NCBI GenBank assembly: GCA_050916045.1
Contig: CP051526.1
Span: 2,176,001 to 2,240,000 of the forward strand
DNA: 64,000 bases
Direction: 5' to 3'
Source of the DNA: Tepidisphaera sp.
GTDB taxonomy: Bacteria > Planctomycetota > Phycisphaerae > Phycisphaerales > UBA1924
The translations under genes were made by a program, and so were the position numbers. Of the stretch, positions 37,763 to 49,000 are shown one piece after another. The stretch's first letter is position 1, and each line of letters opens with the position of its first letter. The notes beneath the pieces are model-generated. The model was given only the letters and a program-made list of their open reading frames with translations, was not told the origin of the DNA and made no database searches.

Positions 37763-40700
37763 TCAGCCCACCGGCGAGGGCAGCGAGCTCAGCGTGCTCG
37801 CGAGCCAGTCGGCGTCCGGCACGGCGTACGGGCGGAACTTCTCGACCTGGCCGGTCTCCTCCGAGTACAGGAGGCCGCGGTGCTGGCCGAGGTTGCCCGC
37901 GGCCGTGCTGTCGATCAGGTTGCTCGAGTCGTTCGCCGACATCTGGAAGAGGACGCGATAGTCGAACTCCTTGAGCATGCGGCGGTCCATCGCTCGCTCA
38001 AGGTTCGTCGAGGTATCTACTCGCACGATCGTGAAGATGCCCACGCTCGGGCCATCCTTGAGAAGCTGCGTGAACTGCTTGTCCGGCTTGGTCGCGGCTT
38101 CGGCTCCGCCATCGTCAAATCCGAAGTCCGACTCGGACTTGCGGAGCGTGCGGAACCGCTGCAAACCCGACACGACGAGGAAGACCGGCGGCTGATCCGC
38201 TCCGCCGTCGCTGGCTTGCCTTTTCTGGAATTCCTCGTAGATCGCTGCAACGGCCGCGTCCGCCGCTCGCCCGTTGACCACCGCCGCGACGCCCGAGCCA
38301 AGCTGCTTGCCCAGCGAGATGAGTTCATCCGTGGACTCAGCGTCGGCCGTGCCGCCGTCAAGCACTGTGATCGACGGAAGCCGGCCCGCTCGCGACACCT
38401 GCGGCGCCAGCGAGACCAGCGACGACACGATCAGTCCGAGCGTCGGCCGCTCCTGCTGACCGACGATGATCAGATTCGACCCCGACTGCCGGCGGAACTT
38501 GACCGAAGTCGGATCCTTGATCGAGATCGCTTCGCCAAGCCAGATCGTCGGCATGTTCGGCACGCTCGACCCATCCAGCACCGCACGAAGCAGGTGATTC
38601 CGCGGCAGGTGCGACGGCACGTTGCCCTCGAACACGATCGGCGGATCGCCCTTCCAGCCCTCGGCTCTCGTCCGTGCCTCCACATCCTGCAGATGCGAAT
38701 CGCGCACCTCATCCGGAAGCCAGACGACCTGGAACGGGCTGTTGCCCTCGATCATGCCCGACTGATCGTTGTAGATCGCTTCGCCCGGCCGCGAGAGGAG
38801 GCGCGCCGCCGCGTTATCTTCGGACAGGATCAGGTACGAGTCGGCTTCGGAGCACTGGAGCGCGACGCGGACGGCCATCTGGCCGATCGTGGCGCGAGCC
38901 AAGCTGTACGCTCCGCCGATCGTCTGGCTTCCGAGGATCACGTGCATGCCGAAGGCGCGGCCCTGACGCACCAAACGGTCCATCAGGAGCATGCCCTCCT
39001 GCGCGATCTTGTCGTCCTCGGTGAAGAACTCCTGGAACTCGTCGACGATCAGAAGCGTGCGCGGGATCGACGACCTCGCACCGGCGCCGGTCAGGTCCCC
39101 CTCGCCCTTGGCTTTCCGGTAGCTCGCGAGGTCCTGCACGCCGAGTTCGCGGAAGAGGTTGCCGCGCCGCGTCAGTTCCGCGTCGAGCTTGCGGAGCACG
39201 GACAAGCCGAACTCACGCTCGCTCTCGACCGCGATGACGCGGGCGTGCGGCACGTTGTGGCTCGCATAGGTCTTGAACTCGACGCCCTTCTTGAAGTCCA
39301 CGAGGTAAAGCTCAAGCTCCCAGGGGCTGTACCAGAGCATCGCGCTGGTGATCAGAGCGTGCAAAAGCGTGGACTTGCCCGAGCCGGTGCGGCCCGCGAT
39401 CAGCACGTGCTGGCTTGTCCCGCGGCCGAGGACCATCTGCTGCACCTTCGTCGCGCCGGCTTTGCCCAGCGGCACGCGGATGTCGCCCGAGGTGCTCCGC
39501 GTCCAGAGCTCTTCGCGTTTGGGGGCGACGGTGCCGAAGGGCACCTGCACCCTGCTCATCTCCTTGGCGTGCTTTCCGACGGCGTGGGCGATCCGCGTGA
39601 CAACGTCCTCGCTGGGCGAGCGCTCGATGGCAAGTGGCCACGCCGAGAAATCAGCATCCTTCCACGACAGCTTGCCTTCCTTGCCGACGACGTTGACGCT
39701 TGCACGCTCGATTTCGGGCATGGGGACCCACGCGGGGGGCCGCTGCCGGGCGTCGGTCGCGATCAGCGTAAACACGCCGCATCGCGGGCCGCTGGCGACG
39801 ATACTCGCGAGGCGTTTGGCGGCGGTCTCGGTGAAATTGGCGGGGAAGTCAGCGATGACGAGGAACCGGAAGGGCTCGGCGACCTCGCCGGCTTTCACGT
39901 TGTAGTCCTGGATCGTGGCAAACTCGTTGCGGAGATACTTCTGGATCACCGCTTCCATGTGCTCGGTGATGTCCGTGAGCTTCTGCTCGATGTGCCTGGG
40001 GTCGGTCCAGATCTTGTCCGACACCAGCGACTCGTCATGGTCCGCAAGGTGCATGAACCCGGCGAAGCTCTGCCCCAGCCCCACCGGATCGATGATCGTG
40101 AACTTCAGCTTGCCCGGCGGGAACGTCGTCAAAAGCCGCAGCATCACGGCTTGCAGCGAAGCCACCGCATCCGCACGCTGCTCGGGCCCCGCTTGAATCA
40201 GAAGCGACCCCGTCCCGAGGAAGTCGAGCATCGCCGGCAGATCGAACGCTTCGACGGCGGGCTCGCGGAGCGACTCATCCGTCGGCACGCCGCCCTGCAT
40301 TTGCGCCATGGTCACGCCGAGGGTGCCGAACCGCGCGGCGACGGGCGGGCTTGTCCGCGGCTCGAACTTGTCCCAGTTCGGAGCATCCGCGCCCTCCCAC
40401 GGGTGCGACAAAGGACCCGAAGCGGCCGCGATCGACGCCAGCTCTTCGCGTGCGTGGGCCGTCGCCACCGTCCACTTCTGGCGAAGAGCCGTCGTGCCCT
40501 CCGCGTGTTCCCGCTGCGCTGCTTCCAGCCGGCTTGTGCGGGTGGTTGCGGCCTGCGCGATCGCCGATTCGTGCTCTTGCTTCAGCGTGTTCTGCTTTTT
40601 GGCTGATTCCTCGTCCACGGCGGTCGACTTCTCACCGGTGCGTCGAAGCACGCGGTCCATGACCTGCCGGTGTTTGGCCCGGAGGGCCGGCTCCTCGTCC

Positions 40701-41674
40701 AGCTTGCGTCGATCGATTTCCTGCCTTGCCGCGGCGTACTTCGACTGTCCCTTGGCCATTTCCTTGTCGCGACGTTCCAAGGCTTCGGCAATCACCTTCT
40801 GCCGTGCTTCCTCGGCTTTGGCGAGGAAGAGCGCGAGAGCGCCGTCCGCCTCCGCGAGGCGAGCCGAGAGCTGCGCCGCCGCATGCGGCACACGCTGACG
40901 AAGCACAACCCTGCCGACGAGAAGCACGACCAGCGCCCCCACCACGCCCAGCCCCGCTCCGATGCCAAGCGAAGCCCCGCTTATCCCCCGCTGCCACACG
41001 CCGACCCCCGCTCCGATCCCGGCGCACGCGAGGGCCACGATCATGATTGTCGATGGCCGGAGGAGCATCGGCTTGACGCGGGTTTCGAGCAACACCCCCG
41101 CTTCCCGGCACCGCTCGACGTAGACAGGCAGAGACTTGGTCGTGTCGACCGCGCCCTCGGTCATCCCGGGCATCGGCGCGTGCCCCTGGCTCGCGAGAAT
41201 CGCGGCGGCTTTGGACCGCACGGCGTCGACCTCTTCGCGTCGGAGCTTGTGGTCCTTGGCGGCCGTCTCGAACTCCGCGCGAGCTTTGCCCTCGCCGCTT
41301 TCGACAAGCGTCTCGGCAAGCCACCTGCTGTCCTCGAGTTTCTGCTCGGCCCGTGCTTCGAGGCGTGCGGTCGTGTCGGCGAAGGACGCGACATCCGCGG
41401 TCATCACCGCGTGGGCATCGCCGAACTCTTTCTCGTGCTTGACGCGGATCGCCTCCATCAGCGCGATCCGCTCGGCTTCGATCGCGTTCTTGGCCGTGGT
41501 GGTGGCGATTTCACGCGCCGAGATCGCCTGCGCGTACTCGCGCTCGATCGTCGCGGTCTGCTCCTTGAGGCGTTTGGTCAACGCCGCTTCCTGAGCGGCA
41601 CGCTCGGCGACCGCGGGGGTCAGCGATCGAAGGAGGTTGCGGATCTGTTCGGCCAGTGACGCGGGCTGGGACAA
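37763..41674 (-). CDS. FtsK/SpoIIIE multi-domain ATPase, EssC/EccC-like
   Basis: Coiled coil, two TM helices, degenerate first domain (IIDPVGLG), intact HVLIAGRTGSGKS / YLVDFKKGVEF / LIVDEFQEFF / RQGRAFGMHVILGSQ, degenerate third domain. TTG start after GGAGG. Confidence 0.88.
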   Translation of the reverse strand: MSQPASLAEQIRNLLRSLTPAVAERAAQEAALTKRLKEQTATIEREYAQAISAREIATTTAKNAIEAERIALMEAIRVKHEKEFGDAHAVMTADVASFADTTARLEARAEQKLEDSRWLAETLVESGEGKARAEFETAAKDHKLRREEVDAVRSKAAAILASQGHAPMPGMTEGAVDTTKSLPVYVERCREAGVLLETRVKPMLLRPSTIMIVALACAGIGAGVGVWQRGISGASLGIGAGLGVVGALVVLLVGRVVLRQRVPHAAAQLSARLAEADGALALFLAKAEEARQKVIAEALERRDKEMAKGQSKYAAARQEIDRRKLDEEPALRAKHRQVMDRVLRRTGEKSTAVDEESAKKQNTLKQEHESAIAQAATTRTSRLEAAQREHAEGTTALRQKWTVATAHAREELASIAAASGPLSHPWEGADAPNWDKFEPRTSPPVAARFGTLGVTMAQMQGGVPTDESLREPAVEAFDLPAMLDFLGTGSLLIQAGPEQRADAVASLQAVMLRLLTTFPPGKLKFTIIDPVGLGQSFAGFMHLADHDESLVSDKIWTDPRHIEQKLTDITEHMEAVIQKYLRNEFATIQDYNVKAGEVAEPFRFLVIADFPANFTETAAKRLASIVASGPRCGVFTLIATDARQRPPAWVPMPEIERASVNVVGKEGKLSWKDADFSAWPLAIERSPSEDVVTRIAHAVGKHAKEMSRVQVPFGTVAPKREELWTRSTSGDIRVPLGKAGATKVQQMVLGRGTSQHVLIAGRTGSGKSTLLHALITSAMLWYSPWELELYLVDFKKGVEFKTYASHNVPHARVIAVESEREFGLSVLRKLDAELTRRGNLFRELGVQDLASYRKAKGEGDLTGAGARSSIPRTLLIVDEFQEFFTEDDKIAQEGMLLMDRLVRQGRAFGMHVILGSQTIGGAYSLARATIGQMAVRVALQCSEADSYLILSEDNAAARLLSRPGEAIYNDQSGMIEGNSPFQVVWLPDEVRDSHLQDVEARTRAEGWKGDPPIVFEGNVPSHLPRNHLLRAVLDGSSVPNMPTIWLGEAISIKDPTSVKFRRQSGSNLIIVGQQERPTLGLIVSSLVSLAPQVSRAGRLPSITVLDGGTADAESTDELISLGKQLGSGVAAVVNGRAADAAVAAIYEEFQKRQASDGGADQPPVFLVVSGLQRFRTLRKSESDFGFDDGGAEAATKPDKQFTQLLKDGPSVGIFTIVRVDTSTNLERAMDRRMLKEFDYRVLFQMSANDSSNLIDSTAAGNLGQHRGLLYSEETGQVEKFRPYAVPDADWLASTLSSLPSPVG

Positions 41675-41764
41675 CGGAGACCTCCGAAGACGTTCGATTC
41701 CGGCGAACGCTCTGTTCCACAAAACCGGGAGCAGGCCGCCGGCAGCGGGGCCGAGAACCCGCCC

Positions 41765-41983
41765 TCACCCATCCCCGCACTCGCGCCGCACCTTTCCCAC
41801 CAAGTCACCGACGTGATCGATCCACTTCATCGCCGCGTTGATCCGCGGCAGGATGGGATCGATCACCTCTTTCGCGAACTGCTTGGCAGCCGCGTCGTCC
41901 CACTGGGCCGCGACGCGCTCCCATTCAGCCATCAGCTTCTTGGTCGCATCCTGCAGGTTCGCTTTCGCCGTCGCGATGCTCAT
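41765..41983 (-). CDS. WXG100-like small helical protein
   Basis: 72 aa, helix-turn-helix with central W-D-D (WERVAAQWDDAAAKQF), directly upstream of the FtsK ATPase. Confidence 0.65.
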   Translation of the reverse strand: MSIATAKANLQDATKKLMAEWERVAAQWDDAAAKQFAKEVIDPILPRINAAMKWIDHVGDLVGKVRRECGDG

Positions 41984-42011
41984 GAAGCCCTCCCGGAGCC
42001 GCCCCTCCCGC

Positions 42012-43448
42012 TCACGGGAGCTTCCGCACTTTGATGTTGCGGAACCACACCTGATCGCCGTGGTCCTGGAGCGCGACGTGCCCCGTCGCCCGGGTCGCGT
42101 AGTCCGCCGCACCCTTCCACTTGCTCGCGTCGCGGAGCGTCTTGAACTCATCGCTCGACAGGTCCATCTCCACGACCTTGTACCCGTTGAGCCAGTGCTC
42201 GATCCGCGACCCGTTGCAGACGACCTTCGCCCGGTTCCACTCGCCCGCCGGACGCGTCACGTCATGCGCGATCGCCTTGACCGCGTAAAGCGAGCCCGCC
42301 GAGGTCTGCGGGTTCTTCCCGTCCTGGTGCTTGTTGTTGTCCAGGATCTGCATCTCGGGCCCCGTCTCCCACGGATAGTTCTTGTCCTCGGTGCAGCGGT
42401 ACATGATGCCCGAGTTGGCCCCCGGCGACGCTTTCCACTCCACCGCGAACTCGAAGTTGGTGTACTGATCGATCGTGACGATGTCGCCGCCCTCGCCCTC
42501 TCCGGCGGAGATGCTCAGCGTCCCGTCCGCGACCTTCCACTTCCCGGGAAGCTTGTCCTTTTTGAACCCGCGCATCTTCAGCTCTTTGCCGTCAAACAGA
42601 AGCTCCCAGCCCGCCTCTTTCTCCGCTTGCGTCAGCACGTTCTGCGCCGCAGTCTCCTTCCACTCCGCCGGAAGCGTCACCGACCCCGTCGCCGCCCATT
42701 CCGTCCCTCGCGAAAGCAGCGTACGGAAAAGCGGCGTCGCGACCGACGGCTTGGAATTCTCATCCTTGTCCCACACGTGCCCCAGCGGCGTCGCGAAGAT
42801 CCGGCCCTTGCCGAAATCGTTCACCAAAGCCATCGGCTCGGCCTGTCCCGTCCCGCCCGTCGACGTCTGGCTCATCGCCTGCGCCAAAAGCGTGTACGGC
42901 GAACCCTGAGGATTCGAAAGGCGGTGGTAAAGCTCATCGACCGTCTTGGCTTTCGCCGGCATCCCCGCCGTGATCGGGTGCGCCGTGTCCGTCATCGCCA
43001 CCTCGAACTCGTGGAACTTCCCGTGCCCCGCGTTCTCGCGCCAAAGCAGCGCGATCATCTGCTCGTATTCCTTCCACCCCGGGAACGCGTTGTTCGCCGA
43101 GTGCACCGCCACCACGCCAAGGCCGTTCCGCACCGCTTCCGTGAAGTTCGCCTCCGCAGGCTGGCCCCACCGCTTCGTCTTGCCGTAATCGTTGTAATCA
43201 AGCACCACGACCTGGTACTTCGACAGCATCTTCGCATCCGCCAGCGCCGAAGCCGGCGACTCGGTCACATCCACCACGAACTTCCCCGTCGCTTCGAGCG
43301 TGTCCTTGTGCATCTGGCTCGTGTACCGCCAGTTGTGGTTGTTCTCGCCCGTCACGATCAGCGCCCGCACGCGCCCATCCTGCGCCGCACACCCGACCGT
43401 CATCGACGCCGCCGCCACAACGCACGCCGCTTTTGCCATCATCTTCAT
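42012..43448 (-). CDS. Exported ThuA-like plus DUF1080 (3-keto-disaccharide hydrolase-like) fusion
   Basis: Signal peptide. ThuA-like ALIVTGENNHNW...DELY...GKGRIFATPLGH. DUF1080 GWELLFDG...NSGIMY...EMQILD...GEWN...LQDHGDQVWFRNIKVR. Confidence 0.88.
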   Translation of the reverse strand: MKMMAKAACVVAAASMTVGCAAQDGRVRALIVTGENNHNWRYTSQMHKDTLEATGKFVVDVTESPASALADAKMLSKYQVVVLDYNDYGKTKRWGQPAEANFTEAVRNGLGVVAVHSANNAFPGWKEYEQMIALLWRENAGHGKFHEFEVAMTDTAHPITAGMPAKAKTVDELYHRLSNPQGSPYTLLAQAMSQTSTGGTGQAEPMALVNDFGKGRIFATPLGHVWDKDENSKPSVATPLFRTLLSRGTEWAATGSVTLPAEWKETAAQNVLTQAEKEAGWELLFDGKELKMRGFKKDKLPGKWKVADGTLSISAGEGEGGDIVTIDQYTNFEFAVEWKASPGANSGIMYRCTEDKNYPWETGPEMQILDNNKHQDGKNPQTSAGSLYAVKAIAHDVTRPAGEWNRAKVVCNGSRIEHWLNGYKVVEMDLSSDEFKTLRDASKWKGAADYATRATGHVALQDHGDQVWFRNIKVRKLP

Positions 43449-43507
43449 GGAACAGCCCTTTCCTTGCATCATCGCACTCTGCCTCGGTAAACCCACCCTT
43501 CCCGAAG

Positions 43508-44200
43508 CTAGCGTACCAGATTCCCCGCCCCCGAGCCGGGCCCGAACCCCGATTCCGCCCCGGTTGCGAATCCCGCCGCTTTCAGCGCCGCCGCCCACCG
43601 CTCCCGCAACACCTCCCCCTCCGGCCCCACTTCCGACCACCACCAGCAGCACTCGACCATCGCCCGGCTCATCCCAAGGTCCACCGCCAGGTCCGCAACC
43701 TCACGGTCGTTCAGATCCACGAACGGCATCTCCACCCGAAGCGAGGGGACGCCGTGCACCCCCGCATCCAAAGCCATCAGCCGCGACACCAGCAGCGCCC
43801 GGTCCGCCGCCCGCGTCGCCAATTCCAGGTTCACACCCCGCTCGGCCCCCGCCGCTCCGCCCTTGGCCACAAAGTGCGCCGGCCACACCACCTCCGACCG
43901 CCCCAGATTCGCTGCGTCCGTGCACGCATCCAGCAAAAGCCGGGACGGACTCGACCATACCCCGTGGCTCGGACCCTCCGACCACGACCGCCGCTCCACA
44001 AGGCCAAGCCCGACCCGCTCCGAGATCCGCAAGCACGCTTCCAGCCGCGACGCATCCTCCGCCCCGACGGCCGGCCAAAGCACCGCTTCCCCGCTCTTCG
44101 AACCCAGAGCCACCATCCCCTCCTTCGCGTTCACCGCCGCCACAAGCGAAGGAAAGTCCCCATCCACCATGATCAGCACCCGCGAGAAATCTTCACCCAT
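43508..44200 (-). CDS. Degenerate QueC-like (PP-loop fold) protein
   Basis: VLIMVDGDFPSLVAA at the SGGxDS position. VEMPFVDLNDREVADLAVDLG resembles the QueC C-terminal region. Confidence 0.45.
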   Translation of the reverse strand: MGEDFSRVLIMVDGDFPSLVAAVNAKEGMVALGSKSGEAVLWPAVGAEDASRLEACLRISERVGLGLVERRSWSEGPSHGVWSSPSRLLLDACTDAANLGRSEVVWPAHFVAKGGAAGAERGVNLELATRAADRALLVSRLMALDAGVHGVPSLRVEMPFVDLNDREVADLAVDLGMSRAMVECCWWWSEVGPEGEVLRERWAAALKAAGFATGAESGFGPGSGAGNLVR

Positions 44201-44242
44201 ACGAACCTCCTCGCGCCCCACCCGACCCACTGGTACGTTTCA

Positions 44243-45952
44243 TCACACAACCTCGGCCTTCTTCACCGACGCCGCAAGCGGCTTGCCATCCGCCCCTTCC
44301 CCGCACAGATTCACCTTGATCCCAAGCTCCGCCGCCAGCGCCGCTTTCAAAGCCACGATCCGGTCCGCCCCCTTCGCGTCCGGCCCGTACACCACCTGAA
44401 TGTGATTGCTCTGGTGCCGCGCCATCATCTGGTCCCGCGTCACCCCGTACATCACCGCGTGCATGATCGGCCACTGGCTCGTCGTCGCGTCCCACCGCCG
44501 CTGCGTCTCCTCGATCGGAAGCGACACGGCTTTGCACCGCCCGATGTCCATGCTCAGCCGCTCGCGACCATCCTTCGCTCGATCGACGAAAATCCGCGAC
44601 CACACCACCTCGCCCGGCTTGCTGATCCCCTTCACCGTGCCACCGCCCAGCTTGAAATACATCGGCGGCTGCCGCTCCGACGTCGTTCCGCGATACCCGC
44701 CCACAAAGTGCGACGGCGGCGCCGCTCCCGAAATCTCAAGCACCCACACCTCATCCTTTACCGTCCCCGACCGGTCCTTGTCCGACCACCGCAGATCATG
44801 AAGCGTGTTGTCCGGCTCAATCCCAAGCTTCTCACACACCCGCTGCGTCAGGATCCCATCCAACCCCGCACACTCATCCACCTCGTTGAAATGCGTCAGC
44901 GGCTTGCCCGGCAAAATCTCCTTCCCGCCCGCTCCCTTCACCGGCGGCCGCTCCGAACAGTTCAAAAGCCCCTCCGCCAGATCACTCGCCGGAGCCAGAT
45001 CCTTCAACCCCTGCTGATACTGGATCCCCACCGCATCGCACCCGAACTCTTCCGAGATCCGCATCGCCGCGATGTACATCTTGAGCTGTTCGAACACCTG
45101 CTTCTCGGTCAGGTCTCGCTCCTCGCGTTTCCCGAACCGGAACCTCATCCCCCGCTTGGTCAGCCACGCGAACGCCGCCGCCGCTTCCGCGTCCGGCACG
45201 CGCTGCATCCCCGCGTACAGCGCCGACTGGCTCAAGCGTTCCTTGAAAACCCCCGTCTGATGCAGCAGATCATCCGGGATGATCGCGTTGTACATCCCCA
45301 TGCACCCCTCATCGAAGACGCCCATGATCGGCGGCCGCTCGCGGATCGCTTCCGCAAGCTCCTCCGCCGCAATCCGCAAGCTCTTCCCCGTGTCTTTCGC
45401 GTCAAACTTCGCCACGTGGGAGGTGTCGTGCTCCAGAGTCCCCCGCTTGCACCACTGCGCGATCCCCTTGCGGAACTCCGCGCTCGTAAAATCCTCTCCC
45501 CAGATCATCGAGTACTCGACGCCCGCTTTCGTCAAAGACCCCCGCAGGTTCAGCACGCCGACAAGCCCGGGCCACTGCCCGGACCAGTTCGCCGCAAGCA
45601 GAATCGGTCCACGATGCCGGATCAGCCCGTGAAGCACATGGTGGCTGTACTGCCACACCGCTTCCGCGACCACAAGCGGCGCATCCCGATCAAGCTCCGC
45701 GAACACGTCGCGCCCGTACGCCTGCGAATCGATGAACCCGTGCGACCCCTCCGCGAACTTCCGCTCAGGATGCGCGCGCACCAGCGACCACCCCGCCGCT
45801 TTGAAAGCCTCCCCCAGCGCCGCTTCGAGCGCCTTCTGCGCCGGCCAGCACGTCACGTTCGCCGAAAGTCGGAGATCCCCCGACGCGATCAGCAGCGCGG
45901 CTTTCGCGCGAACACTCGTAGACCGCTTCGGACGCTCAGTGTGGTTGGACAT
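44243..45952 (-). CDS. L-fucose/L-arabinose isomerase-family protein
   Basis: WQYSHH, ANWSGQWPGLVG, FDEGCMGM, IQYQQG, HFNEVDECA, HDLRW, WPIMH, SNHIQV. Confidence 0.8.
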   Translation of the reverse strand: MSNHTERPKRSTSVRAKAALLIASGDLRLSANVTCWPAQKALEAALGEAFKAAGWSLVRAHPERKFAEGSHGFIDSQAYGRDVFAELDRDAPLVVAEAVWQYSHHVLHGLIRHRGPILLAANWSGQWPGLVGVLNLRGSLTKAGVEYSMIWGEDFTSAEFRKGIAQWCKRGTLEHDTSHVAKFDAKDTGKSLRIAAEELAEAIRERPPIMGVFDEGCMGMYNAIIPDDLLHQTGVFKERLSQSALYAGMQRVPDAEAAAAFAWLTKRGMRFRFGKREERDLTEKQVFEQLKMYIAAMRISEEFGCDAVGIQYQQGLKDLAPASDLAEGLLNCSERPPVKGAGGKEILPGKPLTHFNEVDECAGLDGILTQRVCEKLGIEPDNTLHDLRWSDKDRSGTVKDEVWVLEISGAAPPSHFVGGYRGTTSERQPPMYFKLGGGTVKGISKPGEVVWSRIFVDRAKDGRERLSMDIGRCKAVSLPIEETQRRWDATTSQWPIMHAVMYGVTRDQMMARHQSNHIQVVYGPDAKGADRIVALKAALAAELGIKVNLCGEGADGKPLAASVKKAEVV

Positions 45953-46095
45953 GGAGGCCATTATCCCACAATCGCGTGCTGACGCTCGGGGCCCTATCAG
46001 ACGCCGCACGCTTCGTTCCAATCTCGGTGGTCTGAGAACCACGAACAGCCATGAGGTTCTGGCGGAGTCATGGGCCTCTTCGGATACCATCCGCC

Positions 46096-49000
46096 ATGCG
46101 TTCAATTCAGCGTCACCGTGTGCCGCTCGGCCTCTTCACAACCGCGTCTTTCACAATCGTCTCGGCTTTCGCCGGAACAGCCGCCGCCCAGTGCTACGAC
46201 TTCGCCGAGGGCTTTGACGCGGCGGGCCTCGGGACCCAGGGCTCGATCTACTGCATGCTCCGCGTGGGTGCCGGCGAACAGGAACGGCTGATCGTGGGCG
46301 GTAGCTTTACGGAAATCGGGGGTGTCGCGGCGCAAGGCGTCGCGGTGTGGGACGGCGTCCGATGGACTGCGCTGGGAACCGGGGTGCAAGCGACCTTCGC
46401 CTTGACGATGTTCGACGATGGAAGCGGAGCCCGCCTTTTCGCGGCGGGTGACTTCACCACCCAGACGGGCGGCGCGGGCGATCGCATCGCGGCGTGGAAC
46501 GGAACGAACTGGGAGCCGCTCGCCTCGGGAGGACTCGACGGCCGCGTCCTTGCGCTCACCACACACGACGACGGCACCGGAGCCAAGCTGTACGCCGCCG
46601 GGGCCTTCCTGTCCGCGAACGGCTTGGCCTCCCCTTCCCTCGCGGCGTGGGACGGTGACACATGGTCAAGCGTCGGCAACAACACGCCGCTCGGGCTTCA
46701 GTTCCACCGCGCCGCTCGCGATCGCTTCGGAGATGTGCTCGTCTTCGGCGGAAACAATCTCTTTCAGGGAAACCTGTCCAATATGACGTGGACCTTTGAC
46801 GGCACTCGTTGGAGCCGTCGCTTCCCCGCATTCTCACCCTCCGCTCGCGCCGGTCATATCGCCGCGTACGACCCCGTCCGTGAACGGGCCTTCGTCTACG
46901 GAGGCGTCGAAAGCGACACCACAACCTACGCCTGGGATGGCGCCAACTGGTCCGCGCTCGTCACGCAAGGCAATCCGGGGGCGCTCATCGCGTCGACCGC
47001 CGCTTTCGACCCTCCCTCCGGAAAGACCATTCTCTTCGGAGGCCGCCGAACCCAGAACGGATCCAATCCGCCCACCGGCCAGACCTGGGCGTTCGATGGG
47101 TCGGCGTGGACGCTGCTTTCCGCCTCCGGCCCGGCCGCACGCTCCGGCGCGACGATGGCGTTTGATCCCATCCGCTCACACCTCGTTCTTTTCGGCGGAT
47201 ACTCGCCCTCCCTTGGGCTTTTCAACGACACGTGGATCTGGCAGGGCGGACAGTGGACGCAAGCCCAGGGAGCCGGCGGCCCCGCGACCGGCACCAACGC
47301 CGCCGAAATGTGCTTTGATCCCACGCTCGGCCGCATCGTGATGTTCGACAACGTCTCGGGCGGACTCGGCTGGACCTGGTCGTGGAACGGCGCAAGCTGG
47401 GACCGCGAGGGCGCCGCTCGGACACCGACGACCGGCGGTTGCATCATGTACACCTCGCCCGCCACCGGCTCGCTTTACCGCCATGGCGGCGACGGATCCG
47501 AAACGTTCGAGTTTGTGAGCGGCGAGTGGGTGTTCCGCTCGCTCGCGCCTCGCACCATCACAAGCATCGCGTCGTACAACTCCTCGCTCTACGTCGGCGG
47601 GGGCTTCAGCACCTTTACTCCGGGAGTGAATTCCTGCGCCGCCCGCTTCGGCCCCGACCGCGTCTGGCGACCGCTCCCGGTCACCTTCACAAGCGGCGGC
47701 ATCGTCAACCGCATCATCCCCTTACGCGAGAAGCTCGCGTTCCTCGGGAACTTCCACCTCTCGGGCTCCCTTCAGCACTTCGTCGTCACCGATGGCGCCA
47801 CCTTCGAGTCACCGACGACCATTGCCCCGCCCGATCAGGGCTACCAAGCCGCCAAGTTCGCCAATTTCGGCTTCGGCGACGTGCTTCTCGTCGCCACGCA
47901 ATTCGGCATGCGGTACTGGAACGGCTCGGCATGGATCAGCCTCGACTCCACACCCGGCAACTCCGCCATCACGGCGATCGAGCCCTTCGGATCCGGACTC
48001 GCCCAGCGAGCGTTCGTCGGCGGCAGCTTCTCGTCTGTCATGGGCAAACCCGCCAACGGCATCGTCCCCTTCGGCGACCTCTGCACCGCGCCCATCTTCA
48101 CGCGACACCCCGACTCCACGGTCGCATTCCTCACGCAGGGCTGCATCATCCAAGCGAGTGTCATCGGCACCCGCCCCATCGCCCTTCAGTGGTTCAAGGA
48201 CGGCGTGCCGCTCTCGAACGTATCGGGACGCATCTCCGGCGTCAACGACGAGCGCCTCTACCTCGCCAACTTCACCGAGCAGGACTACGGGGCCTACACC
48301 CTCCGCGCGACCAACGTCCACGGCGTCACGCTTTCCAATCCGGCGTATCTCACGCCTTGGTCCTTCGCAGGCGGGGTAATCGACCCCTACGTCATCTCCG
48401 CGACCGGTCGCCGCGTGAACGGCCAGATTCGCACCCCCACTCGACTCTCGCCCCCTCTCGTCCACCCCGACGCAAGCGTGATCTATCACGAGGTCGCGAC
48501 CGGTTCCTCCGTCTACGTCCGTGAGCACGAAGGCGTTTACACCGACATCGTCGCCGCCGGCGGGCCCGCGCCCGGCATGCCTTCCGGCTCCGTGCTGAAC
48601 CTCACCTCCCTCGCACGCGGCGACTCGCTCAACTCCTCGCTCATCGCGACGGGAAGCCAGGGGGGAACGCACATCGCGGGCCTCTACCGTCTCGGGCCCC
48701 AACGCTTCGACCTCATCGCCAAGGTCGGCGATGCGCTCCCAGGCCTCTCACCCACGCAGATCCTCGGCTCGCTCGACGCCGCCCCTCTCATCAGCCCAAG
48801 CGGAAGCCTCGTCTTCAGCGGGAACTTCCGCGAGCGCAATTCGCCCACCTTCCTCGGCCGCGCGGTCTGGCGCTGGTCCGACTCCGACGGCATCCAGTTC
48901 GTCACCGCGCAGGGCCGGATCGCCCCCGGCACCACCAACCTCCCCTTCACCGTTCTTCCCGATGTTCCCGCGATCGGCCCGAGCGGGTCTGCCATCGTGC

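Noticed and set aside
37736..40606. 956-aa plus-strand ORF
   Set aside because: Antisense shadow of the FtsK-family gene.
43433..45982. 849-aa plus-strand Arg/Pro-rich ORF
   Set aside because: Antisense shadow of the isomerase and QueC-like genes.
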